NCBI GenBank assembly: GCA_965235115.1
Contig: OZ249436.1
Location: 23,934,001 to 23,998,000 of the forward strand
Source of the DNA: Laetmonice hystrix
Taxonomy: Eukaryota
Length of the DNA: 64,000 nucleotides
Direction: 5' to 3'
Shown piece by piece: positions 50,719 through 63,834 of the stretch. The position numbers and the translations under genes are program-made. The number at the start of each line of letters is the position of its first letter. Positions within the stretch are counted from its first letter, which is position 1. The notes under the pieces were generated by a model. The model saw only the letters and a program-made list of their open reading frames with translations, searched no databases and had not been told where the DNA came from.

Positions 50719-52238
50719 AGCCTGTCCAAGCAGTTTTTGTAATAATAAAAAGTGTAATAAGGATCTGAAATTAATGGCAGTTTTTTCTTTTGCAAGAGTA
50801 TCATTGAAACTTCTTGTAAATCATCGCCTGCAAGCTTTGTGAAAATAAAATTATTTTTTTTATTAAATATACCCACATTTATAGCTCCATATACGACACT
50901 CTTGAAATCTCACTAATCCTCTGCAATCTTCGGTAAACTCCGGTGTGCGACGTGTCAAAATGTGCAGAGCCGCCATTAATTATTACTGTGACCGTAGCAC
51001 TCTGCGCTACCTCAACAGATGGCAGATCATGTCTCGGCCGTAAAGGTCAGGTGGCCATTTTTGAAAGTAGTCGCACAACAAAACCAACCCATGTGCTTTC
51101 CACAGCTCCCATCTTGGCCTTTGTCACTATAAAAGTTTCCGAGCCCGTGCCGCCACTGTCGGCTGGGACTGAGTCAGCGAGTGCATGTTGTCAATGTGTT
51201 GAGTGTGGGCGGTGTGGCGGATGGAGGCATAAGCCATTTCCGAGTTGTGCATGTTTCTCTCTGTTTTGGTTTAACTGCCGCGACTTTCCTTTGGTTATCG
51301 GACAGTTTTCAAGTGCATAATACAAACCGCTGCCATTGCGCTGTAGGGATTACTTGGTCAGCGCGCATTGTGCCCCCCTGCCTGCTTACTTAGTATTCAT
51401 TTGCGCCGCATCACAAAGTCACACAAATCTGTCCATTACACCCGAGGTGAAAATCCGAACCCACCGGAAGGTGGCGGACTTTCTCGAGGGTTCCCGAATG
51501 TGACCGTAGTAGGCTAAAGTCGGCCGTGTGTTGTTTTCGGGATATGCCTTACATGATCATCCTCAAATTCCATTGCCACGGAGGTAAATCCAGTTGTCAA
51601 TGACAATGAGTGGAGTAAACGAGTAAATAGATGGCGGTGTGCCTCAATGTTGTGGTAAGAGAAGCATGGACAATCATGTGGGCGTGTTTAGTTGGCCAAA
51701 CCAGGACTGATCTCCCGTCAGGAGCAAAACGTTGTCAACAGGACCATTAATTACTGGACCAAGGTCCAAGCAGTCTGTCCTAACATGTTAACCCAAGAGT
51801 AAACGACCAAGCCAAGGCAAGCAGAAAATTATCCATCCCACCCGGCCCAACCCCTCATTCTGAGTTTTGACAAATTCGGAGAGAATTTTAGTCTACCCCC
51901 GGGCCCCGTCCATGGGTCGGCCGTGAACGAGTTGGGAGTGTTGTAGGCCTAGAGGGCGTCCGCGACTGTCGTCCCGATGACTAGTCAGCTGCAAATCTGC
52001 CAACACCAACGTCCAGGATCTGATTGCTAAAGCTATAGCCCACATTTTAGGCCTAGGCATAGACATCTGCATACACCAGCATGAGAAGGCCGCTCACTGG
52101 TTGCCAGTCCTATCAGCAGGCGGCGCTCTCTGACGATCCCAAAGAACGTCCACCAGTCTGTGCCACTGATCTCAGCGTCATAAAGTAGATCTTTGCGACG
52201 TAACTTAGGCTATAATATAGGCCTATGTTTCACGTAGG

Positions 52239-53083
52239 CCCAGGGGGGGTGTCCACGTTCGCAGCGCCCTCTATGCGATCGCAGAGACCGAGCGTGCCAG
52301 TATCAAGCGGGACTCAAGGTGAGCGTGAGCCGGCACTCCCGTGCGCCCTGCAGCCATGTTCATGCGTCGGACAGGATCTAGCCTTCACTCGTTTTTTATG
52401 AGCTTTTATGCTCTAAAAATATATATTTACCCAATTCATCGGACGTCGTCCGCCATTCTGCCATGACTGATAAATTGCTAAAAAATGGTTAACTTTAGAC
52501 GCTGACCATACGTTAACTAGACGAGCGTTAAAAAATCAGTTACCACGGTTAGAAAGCTCATCATTTTTTGTATCTAATTCTTCAACCCCGCTCGCAAGCG
52601 CTCCAAGATTTCTGTGTCATTAGAGCACTTTTTGGCAGTCTGTCTTGGCCACTGGTATCGGAGAGAAGGCCAGGGATGTCCGGCTAGTACTCGCGTCGAG
52701 TCGCGGCAAGCACAGACCAACCACCCGGGCTCGAGTCGCTGTCAGTGTCAGCCGACAATCAACAATCGACAAATGAGTGCATAAGTTGATTTTTCATACA
52801 CTGCGCTAGGAATCGTTATCAATCTTACCACCCACAAAGGCTCAAATATGTTCTAAAGCTATAGGAGCATGTTTTTTAATACCTCAGACTGGTAAAATTG
52901 TTAAAAAACGAGTGAAGGCTAGATCCTGTCCGACGCGTGAGCATGGATGCAGGGCGCACGGGAGCGCCCGATCACGCCCCGCGAGAGTCCGGCTTAATAC
53001 TGGCACGCTCGGTCTCTGCGACCGCTATTATGTTTGGTCATATAGAGGGCGCTGCGAACGTGGACACCCCCCCCCCCCCCCGG
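52239..53083. mobile_element. CCC.GGGGGG-ended MITE with ~160-bp TIRs
   Basis: GGGGGGGTGTCCACGTTCGCAGCGCCCTCTAT..GGACAGGATCTAGCCTTCACTCG is inverted at 52900-53083. Confidence 0.75.
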
Positions 53084-53639
53084 GAGGCGTTTCACTAACG
53101 TTGATTTTCGCCAATATCGCCAACATCGTCGCCAATCTGGCGATATAGGGAACGGGAGGTGTTTCACTAAGAATTCTCGCCAAATATTCTCGCCAAATCG
53201 GCGATTTTGCCGGCGAGAAGTTGAAGCACGTCCCACCGTCGCCAAACGTGATCAAATTCCTACTTGCATACAGAAACTTTCACTCTTTTACACGGCTACA
53301 TTCTTGAAATGATTAATCAAGCGCATTCCGTGCAAGGAATAACCTAACAAACCTGTAGTTGTTTAATTTCACGGGTGTAGAATTTCAAAGTTTTGACCCG
53401 AGTTTGTTTACGTGCGCCATTTTGACGTCAGTGTTTGTTACCCACAACGAGGCTCCATGGCAGCGAGAACTTTTAGACAAGCGACAATGGCAAAATAGAT
53501 ACACAATTGTGACGTTGGCTGGCGACGGTGGCGACGACGTTAGTGAAACAGTCCGACAGAATCATCGCCATGGTAGCCAGATTTGGCGAGAATTATATTC
53601 CCCAAAATTAGCGATCGCCAATCTTAGTGAAACGGGCCC
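53083..53639. mobile_element. Harbinger-type MITE
   Basis: GAGGCGTTTCACTAA ... TTAGTGAAACGGGCCC termini with TCGCCAA/TGGCGA subterminal repeats. Confidence 0.7.
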
Positions 53640-53642
53640 CTG

Positions 53643-54557
53643 GGCTTGGGTCAACCCAGGCCCAATAAAAATGGCCCATTAAATATACTAAACCACAACA
53701 ATTAATTTTAGAATCTATCCAGACCGATTAATCCTCGATCTATAAAAGTATAGATCTATGGCATTCACATCTGCTACTTCATCTTTTCAAGATTTACAGA
53801 AAGTCTGTCAGAATAGTATTACGAGAGTACGAAATTGTAACGTCACAAACTTCGCCGATCTCCGGCGATGACAGTGCTTGCATCAGGAAAGGAGGGACCT
53901 TGCTAAACAATTCTAAGTCAGTGACATTGTTTGGTTCAATATTGTATCCCCTTATGTCACGTTTTAACGTTCTTCCTTGTGTATTTTAGCAGATAGAGAC
54001 GTTTGAACTGCTGAAGCGAAGCACTGTCTGCCATTAATATTTAGGCCCGTTATGATCACATTCCATTGTGACCCATTGTGACGTACCGCTACCTATTGTG
54101 CATTGTTCCTGACGTCGCTGATTGGGTCTCTCAATCACGGTGTGGACAGGGCCCGATAAAGTCGATTTTTAAAATAGCCTATCTAAGAGTTTCCCAGGGC
54201 ATCTAAACTTTTTCCAAGCCTTTGACACATTCTGCTCCACAGCCTACGCTTTATTCCAAAGCAAAATACTTAACCCAGCAACCGTAGTGATGGGTTGAAT
54301 ACGGGCCCCTCTTACTAAGCCGGCGACGTCGCCAAATGGGTCGTCGCCGGCCCATATAAGGTAATATGTCGCCCGTTCTGGCGACGTACCCCATTGCTTT
54401 AACGTTGGCGACATTTTGACGGGCGACGTCGCCGGCTTAGTAAGACGGGGCACAGTCTGACTTCCTATCTGCGCCTATGTTAAGTGATAATAGGGTGACT
54501 CCACTGGCCGTTTTCACGCGTTTTCACGCACTTAGGCGTGATTTTCTTTGGCTCCCT
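53643..54557. mobile_element. Right end of the AGGGAGCCAAAG-TIR family (paralogue of 23257-23990), with a ~150-bp palindromic MITE at 54302-54451
   Basis: Colinear similarity to 23257-23990, ending CTTTGGCTCCCT|AT. The MITE is absent from the 23.9-kb copy. Confidence 0.75.
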
Positions 54558-56930
54558 ATGACGTATAGAGTCCCCAGGCTAGAGCCAGGGAAGCGTCCAG
54601 GCTATCGCTGGGCCAAGGAAACGACAGTAGGCCTACTTGGTATGCCTAGAACTAGATCTTTGAGGGCATAGTCTTTCAAGTCTCAAGAACAGCCTGTCAT
54701 CATTAAAATGGCCAGTAGCCTAACATGTTTCACCCGTTTCCCCCATTATAAACAGGATTACTTATTCCTTCAGGAGTGCAAATAACATAATAACACCTTT
54801 GCTTGATAAAGCAACGTGTTTCCTATATTCAATTTCTAGAGAGGAGAATTTTTTTATTCAACATGGAGATAACTTGGTAAGGATGAGGGACGTTCTATAG
54901 GCCTACCTATTATACTAAGCTCTTATTTGCAGGTTAGAATCAAATAAATGCGAAAGAATAGTGCTCTCGCAAGCTCGCCTAATACAACATCCTGTTCAAA
55001 GCAACTCGTGCATAAAACCCAGTATCGTTCAATAAGTGTATAATATTTATACTGGAAATATACCGAACGTCCCTTGATTTTTCTCACCACCAAAGCATTT
55101 GTAGTGGGTATACCCAAGAAACATTTGTACAATAATATGTTAAGTATCCCTTAAGCTATAAAAAAAAGTAAATGCAATGAATCAGGGCTGTTTGATGGGA
55201 CGTTCGAGATGAGCGGAAATCAATCGTTTGGCAATATAAGTCGGTACCGAACGTCCCCTTTCGAAATGTTAATTACATATTGCTGATTATGGCGGACTCT
55301 AGACGCCCCTCTCCCTTACATTGGCATTAAATTATATATCTAATACAAAATTCCTATAAAAGGAGAAAGGTTGTTTATACATGTATTTGTATATAAGAAA
55401 GAAAAACCTGAAAACAGTAAGGGACGTTCGATACATGTTCGATGGCGCAAGTGGACGTTGGGGGTAGGGGTAACTTTGGTTCACAAAAACGTTCATATCT
55501 TTCTAAATAATTGACATAAATCAATCAAATTTGCTGTTTTGTTTAGCCAATGGATACCCTGTTAATACCATATCAAGAAATGGGAATTCTAGGGCAGCAT
55601 CTGTCTATGAAAAGAAACGATCTCAAGTCTGTCTTTAAAAAACGCTATTTTTCAAGGCATTTTGTATAGAAGTTATGCACTGTCATCAGGTTTACCTTGA
55701 CAAAGCACATTCTGTTTTTCATATTTCAATACACTGATTGAATCCTCATATTAAGTTAGGATATCTTGAAGGAATATGATGTTTTATATTTTTTGTGAAT
55801 TTATATTGAAAATTGCCATTTTATCAAATTTTTCAAATATTCCGTAAACAAAAATGTCAGCCAAACTCTATTGCAAATGGGGGGGGGGCAGAAGTGACGT
55901 CACAATGACTTACGCCTATGCCTCTACATTGAGCCTGCGGTGATTTTATAAATATTGGGGGGTAGCAGCCCCCTCTGCCCCCAGCTTCCTATGCCACTGG
56001 GTTGTAGCGGCCAGCTTTGACAGAACACCGTTTAGTTGTCGAGTGACGCTGGCCCAGTGATTCTTGGACGCCCTGTGAAGTTATCGCAACTTTGCGGCCT
56101 TCGTTTTGGTTTTCGATGCAGCAGCATAAACCTCCAGCCGACCAAAATGCTCGAACAACCACTTACCAAACACTGGTAACCTTTTACAGACTGCCAAAAA
56201 CCTGTATACAACCTCTGACAACCAACTACCGACCAGTCGTTGTCAGAAGTCGGCAGTTGGTCGTACCTTCTGTGTGACTGGGGTCTTAGAGACAACATCA
56301 TGAAGTGATACTAAGAAAATTTCATTGAATTACAATCATTACTTTTTGAGATATTGTAGTTTAAAGTTTCAGGGCGTTTTTTTTATCCACCCGATATATT
56401 GGCATACACATTGCCCCACATATGATTCTTCTTTACCCTAGCTTGAAAGAAATCAACGTATTGCATGAAAAGTGTTTACAGCAAATTCTGAATGAAAAAG
56501 ATCTATTTGCGTAAAGTTTCAAAGTAGTTGACCTTTACCCTTAATGAGAAATCACTGGTTATGGCTGTACGTACATACCGGTATATACAAATGTAGGTAT
56601 GGGTGGAGGAAGAAAAGACAGACTAAAAGTCCCCTAGTTGGGGACTAATAAAAGTAACCTTACTTTTTGACCCTCTCTCCCATTGAGGCTGCCATGTCCA
56701 TGCCCTCTTGAACTTGCAAGCAGACTTCTTGAATTTGTTGCAACTTTTCCTTAAAGCTCTTTTTTTCTTCCTGCAAGATAATGACATAAAAGCAGAAGAT
56801 TTGGGCTTCAAGTCTTGGAAGCCACTGACATTTGACCAGTTAGTTATACACAGATAATTGTAAAACATTTGTACTGTTTAGCACTGAAGTGCAGACATTT
56901 TATGGCAGTACAATTCCACCTGGCCATAAA

Positions 56931-58957
56931 GGTCCTTGCTAAAACTACACACGAGTGACATATGAGTAACATACGAGTACATACGAGTAACATACGAGTA
57001 CATACGAGTAACATATGAGTACATACGAGTAACATACCAGTAACATACGAGTACATACGAGTACATACGACTAAAATACTAACATACGAGTACATATGAG
57101 TAGCATACGACTACAATACAAACATACAGGTAACATACGAGTATTTTTCACTAATTAGGCCAGACTTTTTTAATGAGTTGTTTAGTAGAAAAAATATCTG
57201 GGCCGGGCGGGAAAATTAGTTTATTTTTCCACTTTTCTTGGTTTATCAGAAAAGGGCAAGAATTATTCAAGAGGGGCAGATAAAAAAAGATATGAAATAA
57301 ATCTTTATGATATCACAGCCAATATTCATATAATTTAGGCCTAGGTTTCTATGTTCATATAGGCCTAAGGCCTAGTTTTCAAGTAGGGAGGGCGGGAAAA
57401 ATTACAAATATATATTTTTTCCCCAATTTAGAGAATTTTAGCGTCAGCCAAAAATATTTCTTCAAGGCTACCTGAGGGAGACGGCCTGGAAGGGGACTTG
57501 GGGAGGCTACCTGGGAAAGCAACATAGATCTACTGGGGAGACTACCTGGGAGGCTACTATAGGCTCACCTGGGGGAGGCGGCCTGGGGAGGCTATAGAAC
57601 TGATGTATATAGGTCCCTACACGGAGGCATAGGAAGCACTTGGGGGGCCAACAGGGCCGTGCGCAGGATTTTTTAAGGGGGCTTACAGTTTAGCGGGGGG
57701 GGGGGCTGGGCGAGCCCCAAAGGCGCGAAGCCATGCTAGGAGGGTCCAGGGGCATGCCACCCCTCCGAAGAAGTTTGAAATGTATAGTGTAATTTGTTGG
57801 CATTTGGTGCATGTCAGAGTGAATTTTCAAGAATTTTGTGAGAAAATACCCTCTTCTCCATAGACTTCCATAGTGAGCGGCAGTAAATTTCAATGGTCCC
57901 TGAAATAAAAACTATATTGATTTTATTGGCTTTTGTGTCTCGTCCTTGTGTCTCGTCCTTCAGCATTGTGCGATAGGCGGTCCACCCTAACGGTCGATGT
58001 GCTATTTATAGATGTCAGTTCCTATGCTACAGCATAGGATGGACGTAGTTATCAAATAGGTCACTAGGTGGTTGCGAGCATGGTCTAACGGACGAGACTG
58101 CTGCTTTAACCCAACCATAATCTTTCTTAAGCTAAACTTTAAAAAAAGTGATTCATACTCGCTTATTGAACAGGCATTTATTGAACAGGCAGGGCGCACG
58201 GCCCTGAAAAGAAAGGAGACTGCCTACTGCCCTGGGCCAAGATTTTCTTTGGCTGATGAATTTTCAATATGACTTGCATGTAGCGGATATCGATCGTGTC
58301 GTGACGTAACGTAACATTATCACACGTGTCATTCTGACCTACACACCTGATCCCTGCCTCCCAAAGATCGGCTGGCCTGCTACAATGTGTCATCTTACTG
58401 CCTGCTACAATGTGTTTACTTTTCTTACTGAATATTGCAATTAGCCGGACCTCTTTCTTTGAGATGGTAAAAGTCAAGGGCAGGGAAAAAGTGTGTGTGT
58501 GTGGCGGGGGGGCCAAAATATATTATGCCCCCCCCCCAGTTTTGCAAGTGGGGGGGGGACCATGCCCCCCCCCCCGCTTCCTACGCCAATGCTACACCCT
58601 CCCCCCCCCACACACACACCCCATCCAGGTTAGTGTTAGTATGTATCTGTGGTGCCATATGCTTGGAACTAAAGCTGGCATTCCCAATTTTCTCAGTCGT
58701 CATCTGGTAAAAGATGACTCGTATACATGTACTCGTATACATGTACTCATATGTTAGTATTTAAGTCGTATGGACTCATATGTTACTCGTATGTTACTCG
58801 CATGTACTCGTATGTTAAGCATTTTAGTTGTATGTACTCGTATGTTACTCGTATGTACTCGTATGTTACTCATATGTACTCGTATGTTACTCGTATGTAC
58901 TCGTATGTTACTCGTATGTTACTCGTATGCCACTCGTGTGTAGTTTTAGCAAGGACC
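56931..58957. mobile_element. Unclassified TIR element with inverted (GTATGTTACTC/GTATGTACTC)n subterminal arrays
   Basis: GGTCCTTGCTAAAACTACACACGAGTG at 56931, inverted at 58931-58957. 10/11-bp repeats at 56955-57145 and 58715-58930 in opposite orientation. Confidence 0.75.
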
Positions 58958-59371
58958 AGTTATAAACGCGAGTTGGGCGGAATGAGACAATACAGAAAGG
59001 TAATAAAACGGTTCGAGTGACAGTGCCACCTAGAGGCAAAAGGGATAGATATTTCATGATCGAATGTGATGAGAAGAGAGCTGTGAAAGAGCTACTGTAA
59101 CACAAATACAACAATATATATGACATTACAATAGGTTCCTGGTTCTAACCAGAGATTAATTACCCTGCAAAGAATCTATGAGGTTGAGCCCATGGGTCAT
59201 ATGAATAAAAACAGTCTTGTGAAGCTTATAGCCCCCACAGAACTATGGATTCTTGAACAAACGATACACGACTTCAATTGATCTTTGAAGGGCAAAAAAA
59301 AATTGTCAAATGAAACTTCGTATTACTTCGTCTGCATCTTAGTAATTAATATATTGCAATGCATAGTGCCC

Positions 59372-60038
59372 CTGTTCCGGCTGGATACGTCCGAACGGCT
59401 AGTTATGTCCGATAGGAGATATGTCCGCAAACATCAGCTAGATATGTCCAAAGAAATGGATATGTCCGCAAATATCAGCTAGATGTGTCCGTTACCGGAC
59501 ACATCTAGCTGACATTTGCGGACATGTATCCAGATTACCGGACATATCTAGCTGACATTTGCGGACATATCCAGATTACCGGACACATCTAGCTGGGGAA
59601 CTGCCTACTAGTCCGGGGGGGGGGCCACTAGTCCGAGGGTTCACTAGTCCGAGGTTGACAGTAGGCAATGGCAGGGGAACATGGGGCAAATAGGGGGTTA
59701 ACCTCAGGGGGGCGTTAGTCCTACAGCCCAGTGGTGCGACAGACCAATCCCCTGTATGGGTTACAGGTAAGGTTAGGTTTAGGGTTAGTTATATTTGGTT
59801 TTTGGGTTAGGGTTGCCTATTGCCCACTTCGGACTAGTGAACCCTCGGACTAGTGAACTTTCGGACTAGTGAACCCTACCCTCTAGTTGATATTTGCGGA
59901 CAGATCCGGATTACCGGACATATCTAGCTGATATTTGCAGACATATCCGGGTTACCGGACATATCTAGCTGATATTTTCGGACATATATCCTCTCGGACA
60001 TAACTAGCCGTTCGGACATATATCTAGCCAGAACAGCC
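59372..60038. mobile_element. Palindromic MITE (CGGACATATCTAGC repeats) with a nested Mutator-like MITE at ~59596-59881
   Basis: Outer inverted arms CTGTTC.GGCT.GATA..GTCCGAACGGCTAGTTATGTCCGA. The inner element has CACTAGTCCGA repeats flanked by TCTAGCTG/TCTAGTTG. Confidence 0.65.
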
Positions 60039-60059
60039 CCTCATGTCTCTCGACAGCAC

Positions 60060-63000
60060 CTCATGTCACTTGATGTTTGAAAGAAATCCAGATTGTTTTG
60101 CCGTGTTGTTGCTTGAAATGTGTTTACATCCAATAAGATGGCTGCAATGCGCCATTTTGAGTGATATCACAACTCTACTTGACATGCATCATCCTCAGAC
60201 CGTCCATGATAAATGTGTAATGCTTAGCTTATATGTTTTGGAGATACAGGCCATTGCAAATAATAATGCAAGATACAAATCATTTAAAAGGTGTGCGATC
60301 TGGAATGACCTTTGACCTTCACTTGAGGTAAAATAAAATAGTAAAGGAAACTTATATATGACTTCCTATCTGTGTTCAATAGTAAGTATGTTCTTACCTT
60401 ACGTACTTTTGGAAATATCAATCATTAAAAATATGCATGACCTTGTTTGACCTTTATAGATCACCGGAGGTCATGGAAAATGGCGTGAAATGGAAGTTCA
60501 TATATGACTTTCTATGCATGTTCAATAGTATCTATGGCGATACCTTCAACTGATACGGAGATACAAGCCATTTAAAAGTTTTGCGGCATTGAATGACCTT
60601 TGACCTTCCCTTGGGGTAAATGAAAATACCAAATGAAACTTCATATATGACTTCCTATCCATGTTCAACAGTAAATATGTGCTTATCTTACATAATTTTG
60701 GAGATATCAATCATTGGAAATATGCATGACCTTGTTTGACCTTTATAAACCACCCAAGGTCATGGAAAATGGTGCCAAATGAAACTTCATATATGAATTC
60801 CTATCTGTCAATAATATCATTCACCAGTTTCAAGATATAAGGCAAAACAGTGTCATTGTGAGGGTCAAGAAAAGAATATGGCCGCCATGTCGGCTCCCTT
60901 TGTGGGGGCTAAAAAGGACCAAGGTTCCTGTAGCTTACCAGCAAATAGTCTTAACTAGAAATTGTTCAGTCCGAACAGGACGTCTCCCCTTTTTTAAAGT
61001 AATGACATCATATAATTTTTGAGAGAGGACTAATTAGTATGAAAGTAGTGTGTTGCAAAAGCAATGATATAGCTATGGCAGATTTTCTATGCGAAAGAAA
61101 AGATATAACTAGTTGCGAGGTGCCCGGGGCACAGGTCACTCACCAGTCACCAGTCCCATTCACCAGTCAATGGTGTTAAAATCGGAAATTAGGTCAACTT
61201 GGCCGCCATCTTGGATTTTTCAAATTCAGTTCAAATGGGTCAAGTTTTCCATCCTAACCCCAATGGTGAAAACCAGACGTTGATATCTTTAACCGTTTTA
61301 GAGATATCACTGATTTTTGGTTGAAAATGACCTAAAAGGGCCAACTTTGAAGAGCCATAATTTGGAAACTATTGATTTTAGGGGAGCCATCTCGGTGTCA
61401 GAGACAGCTGACCCATTACCCAATCCAATGGTTTTAAAATAGGAAATTAGGTCAACTTGGCCGCCATCTTGGATTTTTCAAATTCAGTTTAAATGGGTCA
61501 AGTTTTCCATCCTAACCCCAATGGTGAAAACCAGACGTTGATATCTTTAAGGACAAGTGCTAGTGTGAGGCCAAAAATTTTTTTGAGACAGATTTTTTTT
61601 AAATTTTGCAGATATTTGCAGTATGTTATCCTCTTTCAAAATTCAGCAAAAAAATAATACCTCACCGGCTTAGTTTTTTTGTTAAGAGCGTTTGAAGTTG
61701 GTATTTTCTACATGTTAATGAATACAGTTTGCAATTTTTTTTTTTTTTTTTTTTTTTTTTACCACTTTTTTTTGTCAAAACGGTGTTATGACAAATAGAA
61801 GTGGTTAAAAAAAAAAGAGAGAAATTTTTTTTTTGACTTTGAACCTTTTTTACTGGTGTAAATGAGCAAAAGTGAAAATGTTCAAAATCAAACATTCTTT
61901 TTTTTTTTTTTTTACCACTTCTATAACTTGAAGAGCGTTATGACAAATAAAAATGGTAAAAAAAAAAAAAAAAAAAAATTCTAAGCACTAATTATTAATT
62001 AACATGACGAACATATCAATTTCAAACGCTCTTAACAAAAAAACTAACCTGGTGAGGTATCATTTTTTTGGTGAATTTTGAAAGAGGACAACATACTCTG
62101 TTTATCTGCAAAATTTAAAAAAAATCTGTCAAAAAAATTTTTTTGGCCTAACACTAGCACTTGTCCTTAACCGTTTTCGAGGTATCACTGATGTTTGGTT
62201 GAAAATAACCTAAAAAGGCCAACTTTGAGGGGCCATAAGATGGAAACTATCGAATTTAGGGGAGCCATCTCGGTGTCAGAGATAGTGGACCTATTACCCA
62301 ATCCAATGGTGCTGAAATTGGAAATTAGGTCAACTTGGCCGCCATCTTGGATTTTTCAAATTCGCTGAGGATGGGTCAAGTTTTTGATCCTAAACCCAGA
62401 CATTGATATCTTTAACCGTTTTCGAGATATACGCCCACCACTGGGCGGAATGGACAAGGTCTCTGTTCTTGAAGGAGTGGAGACTAACGCCAGTCTCTCT
62501 TCTTGAAGAAGAGGAGACCATGCCTATTGGGTGTGTTTTTCATATAGGCCTATGCCACCGCTGTGAGTGTGTTGTAGAGAGTATGGTGTAGAAAGATGTC
62601 AAGTGTCAGTCCTTTGACACCGGCTGTGGTGGTGGAGGTAGCCGCCACATGTCCTCTTGTAACGAATTTCAGAGGCCTGTAACTTTTATAACTCATAAGC
62701 GAAGCTAGATACAGCCATATTTACTATTTACATATAGGAAGTCATACCTGCCTTTTCAGTTGACACCATTCATGATGTAGCGTGAGGTCATAATCATCTC
62801 ATTAATATGTCATTAATATTTTTAAGGCCCATAACTCAAAAAACGGGGCGACATAGAGCCATGGTTACCACTGAACATGAATAGGAAGTCGTCATTACGT
62901 TCTTTTAATTGACACCAAGATTTATCATGTTGTTTGATCTATTACATCATTATGACGTAATCGACCCCTTCTAAGGATTGGTAGAAGCCTGTAACTAGAT

Positions 63001-63167
63001 AGGCCTACATAGTTACTTTTGAACATGAATAGGAAGTCATGCATGTTCTTTCCATTGATAACGGGTCACGGGTGAAAGATAGTACCATAGTTATCCCTAC
63101 TCCGAACATGTTAGACGGGACACCCCGGGGATGGGATCCATTGTGGTACTCCACAACGTACCTAGTT
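60060..63167. mobile_element. Cluster of degenerate HINE-like bodies and tails
   Basis: TGACCTTTGACCT and TGACTTCCTAT monomers (60200-60840), ~260-bp repeats (61170-62430), and a plus-strand tail CCCCGGGGATGGGATCCATTGTGG-TACT-CCACAA..CTAGTT at 63123-63167. Confidence 0.6.
61551..62166. mobile_element. Near-fully palindromic TTAA-site MITE (Kolobok-like)
   Basis: TTAA|GGACAAGTGCTAGTGT ... ACACTAGCACTTGTCC|TTAA. The empty site ATCTTTAACCGTTT is seen in neighbouring repeats (61284, 62407). Confidence 0.85.
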
Positions 63168-63834
63168 TAATAAGATATTTGCAATTTATTTTACAGAGCA
63201 CATTGGCGGATCCAGGGGGGGGGGGGGCAAGGGGGCCTTGCCACCCCCCCACCAAAACAAAAAATGGCATGTGTTTGGACCAATAGGCCTAGGCTGACTC
63301 TGGCCAATGATGTGGCCAGGGGGCGTTGAACGAGGGTGAGGGGACCGATACCAGAGTCATTGGGCTGATGCTTACGCAAATTAGCAATAATATATCATAT
63401 AAAACCGATTATTTGCCCACATTTGGATGATGCTAGGGCCAGGAGGTCTAAAATTTGGGTGAGGGGGCCAATACCCGAGGTAGGGGGGCAATACTTGAGC
63501 AAAATAACCTAGGCCTAAATTATCATGTAATATTAATATACATTTACTTTTGTATAGTAGGAGCCAGGGAGCACGATGCTAGGGCCAGGGGGCTTGAAAC
63601 TAGGCTGAGGGAGGCCGATACTTAGGTCTACGCAAAATAGTATATAATATGATAACACCGTTATATTTATATATTAATATGTTCCAGGGCCGGGGCCGAT
63701 ACTAGGGCCTGGAAGCCAATACTTGGGCTAGGGGGCCGGAAACTAGGCTAAGGGGCGCCGATTCCAGAAGCAGGGAGTCTATGGCATGCTTATGCAAAAA
63801 TAGCAATAATCTATAATAATATAGGCCTATCATT

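Noticed and set aside
56844..59020. MYSYVTR-repeat ORFs
   Set aside because: Translations of the 10/11-bp subterminal microsatellite.
59770..59815. Telomere-like GGTTAG repeats
   Set aside because: Short, degenerate and internal to a MITE; not a telomere array.
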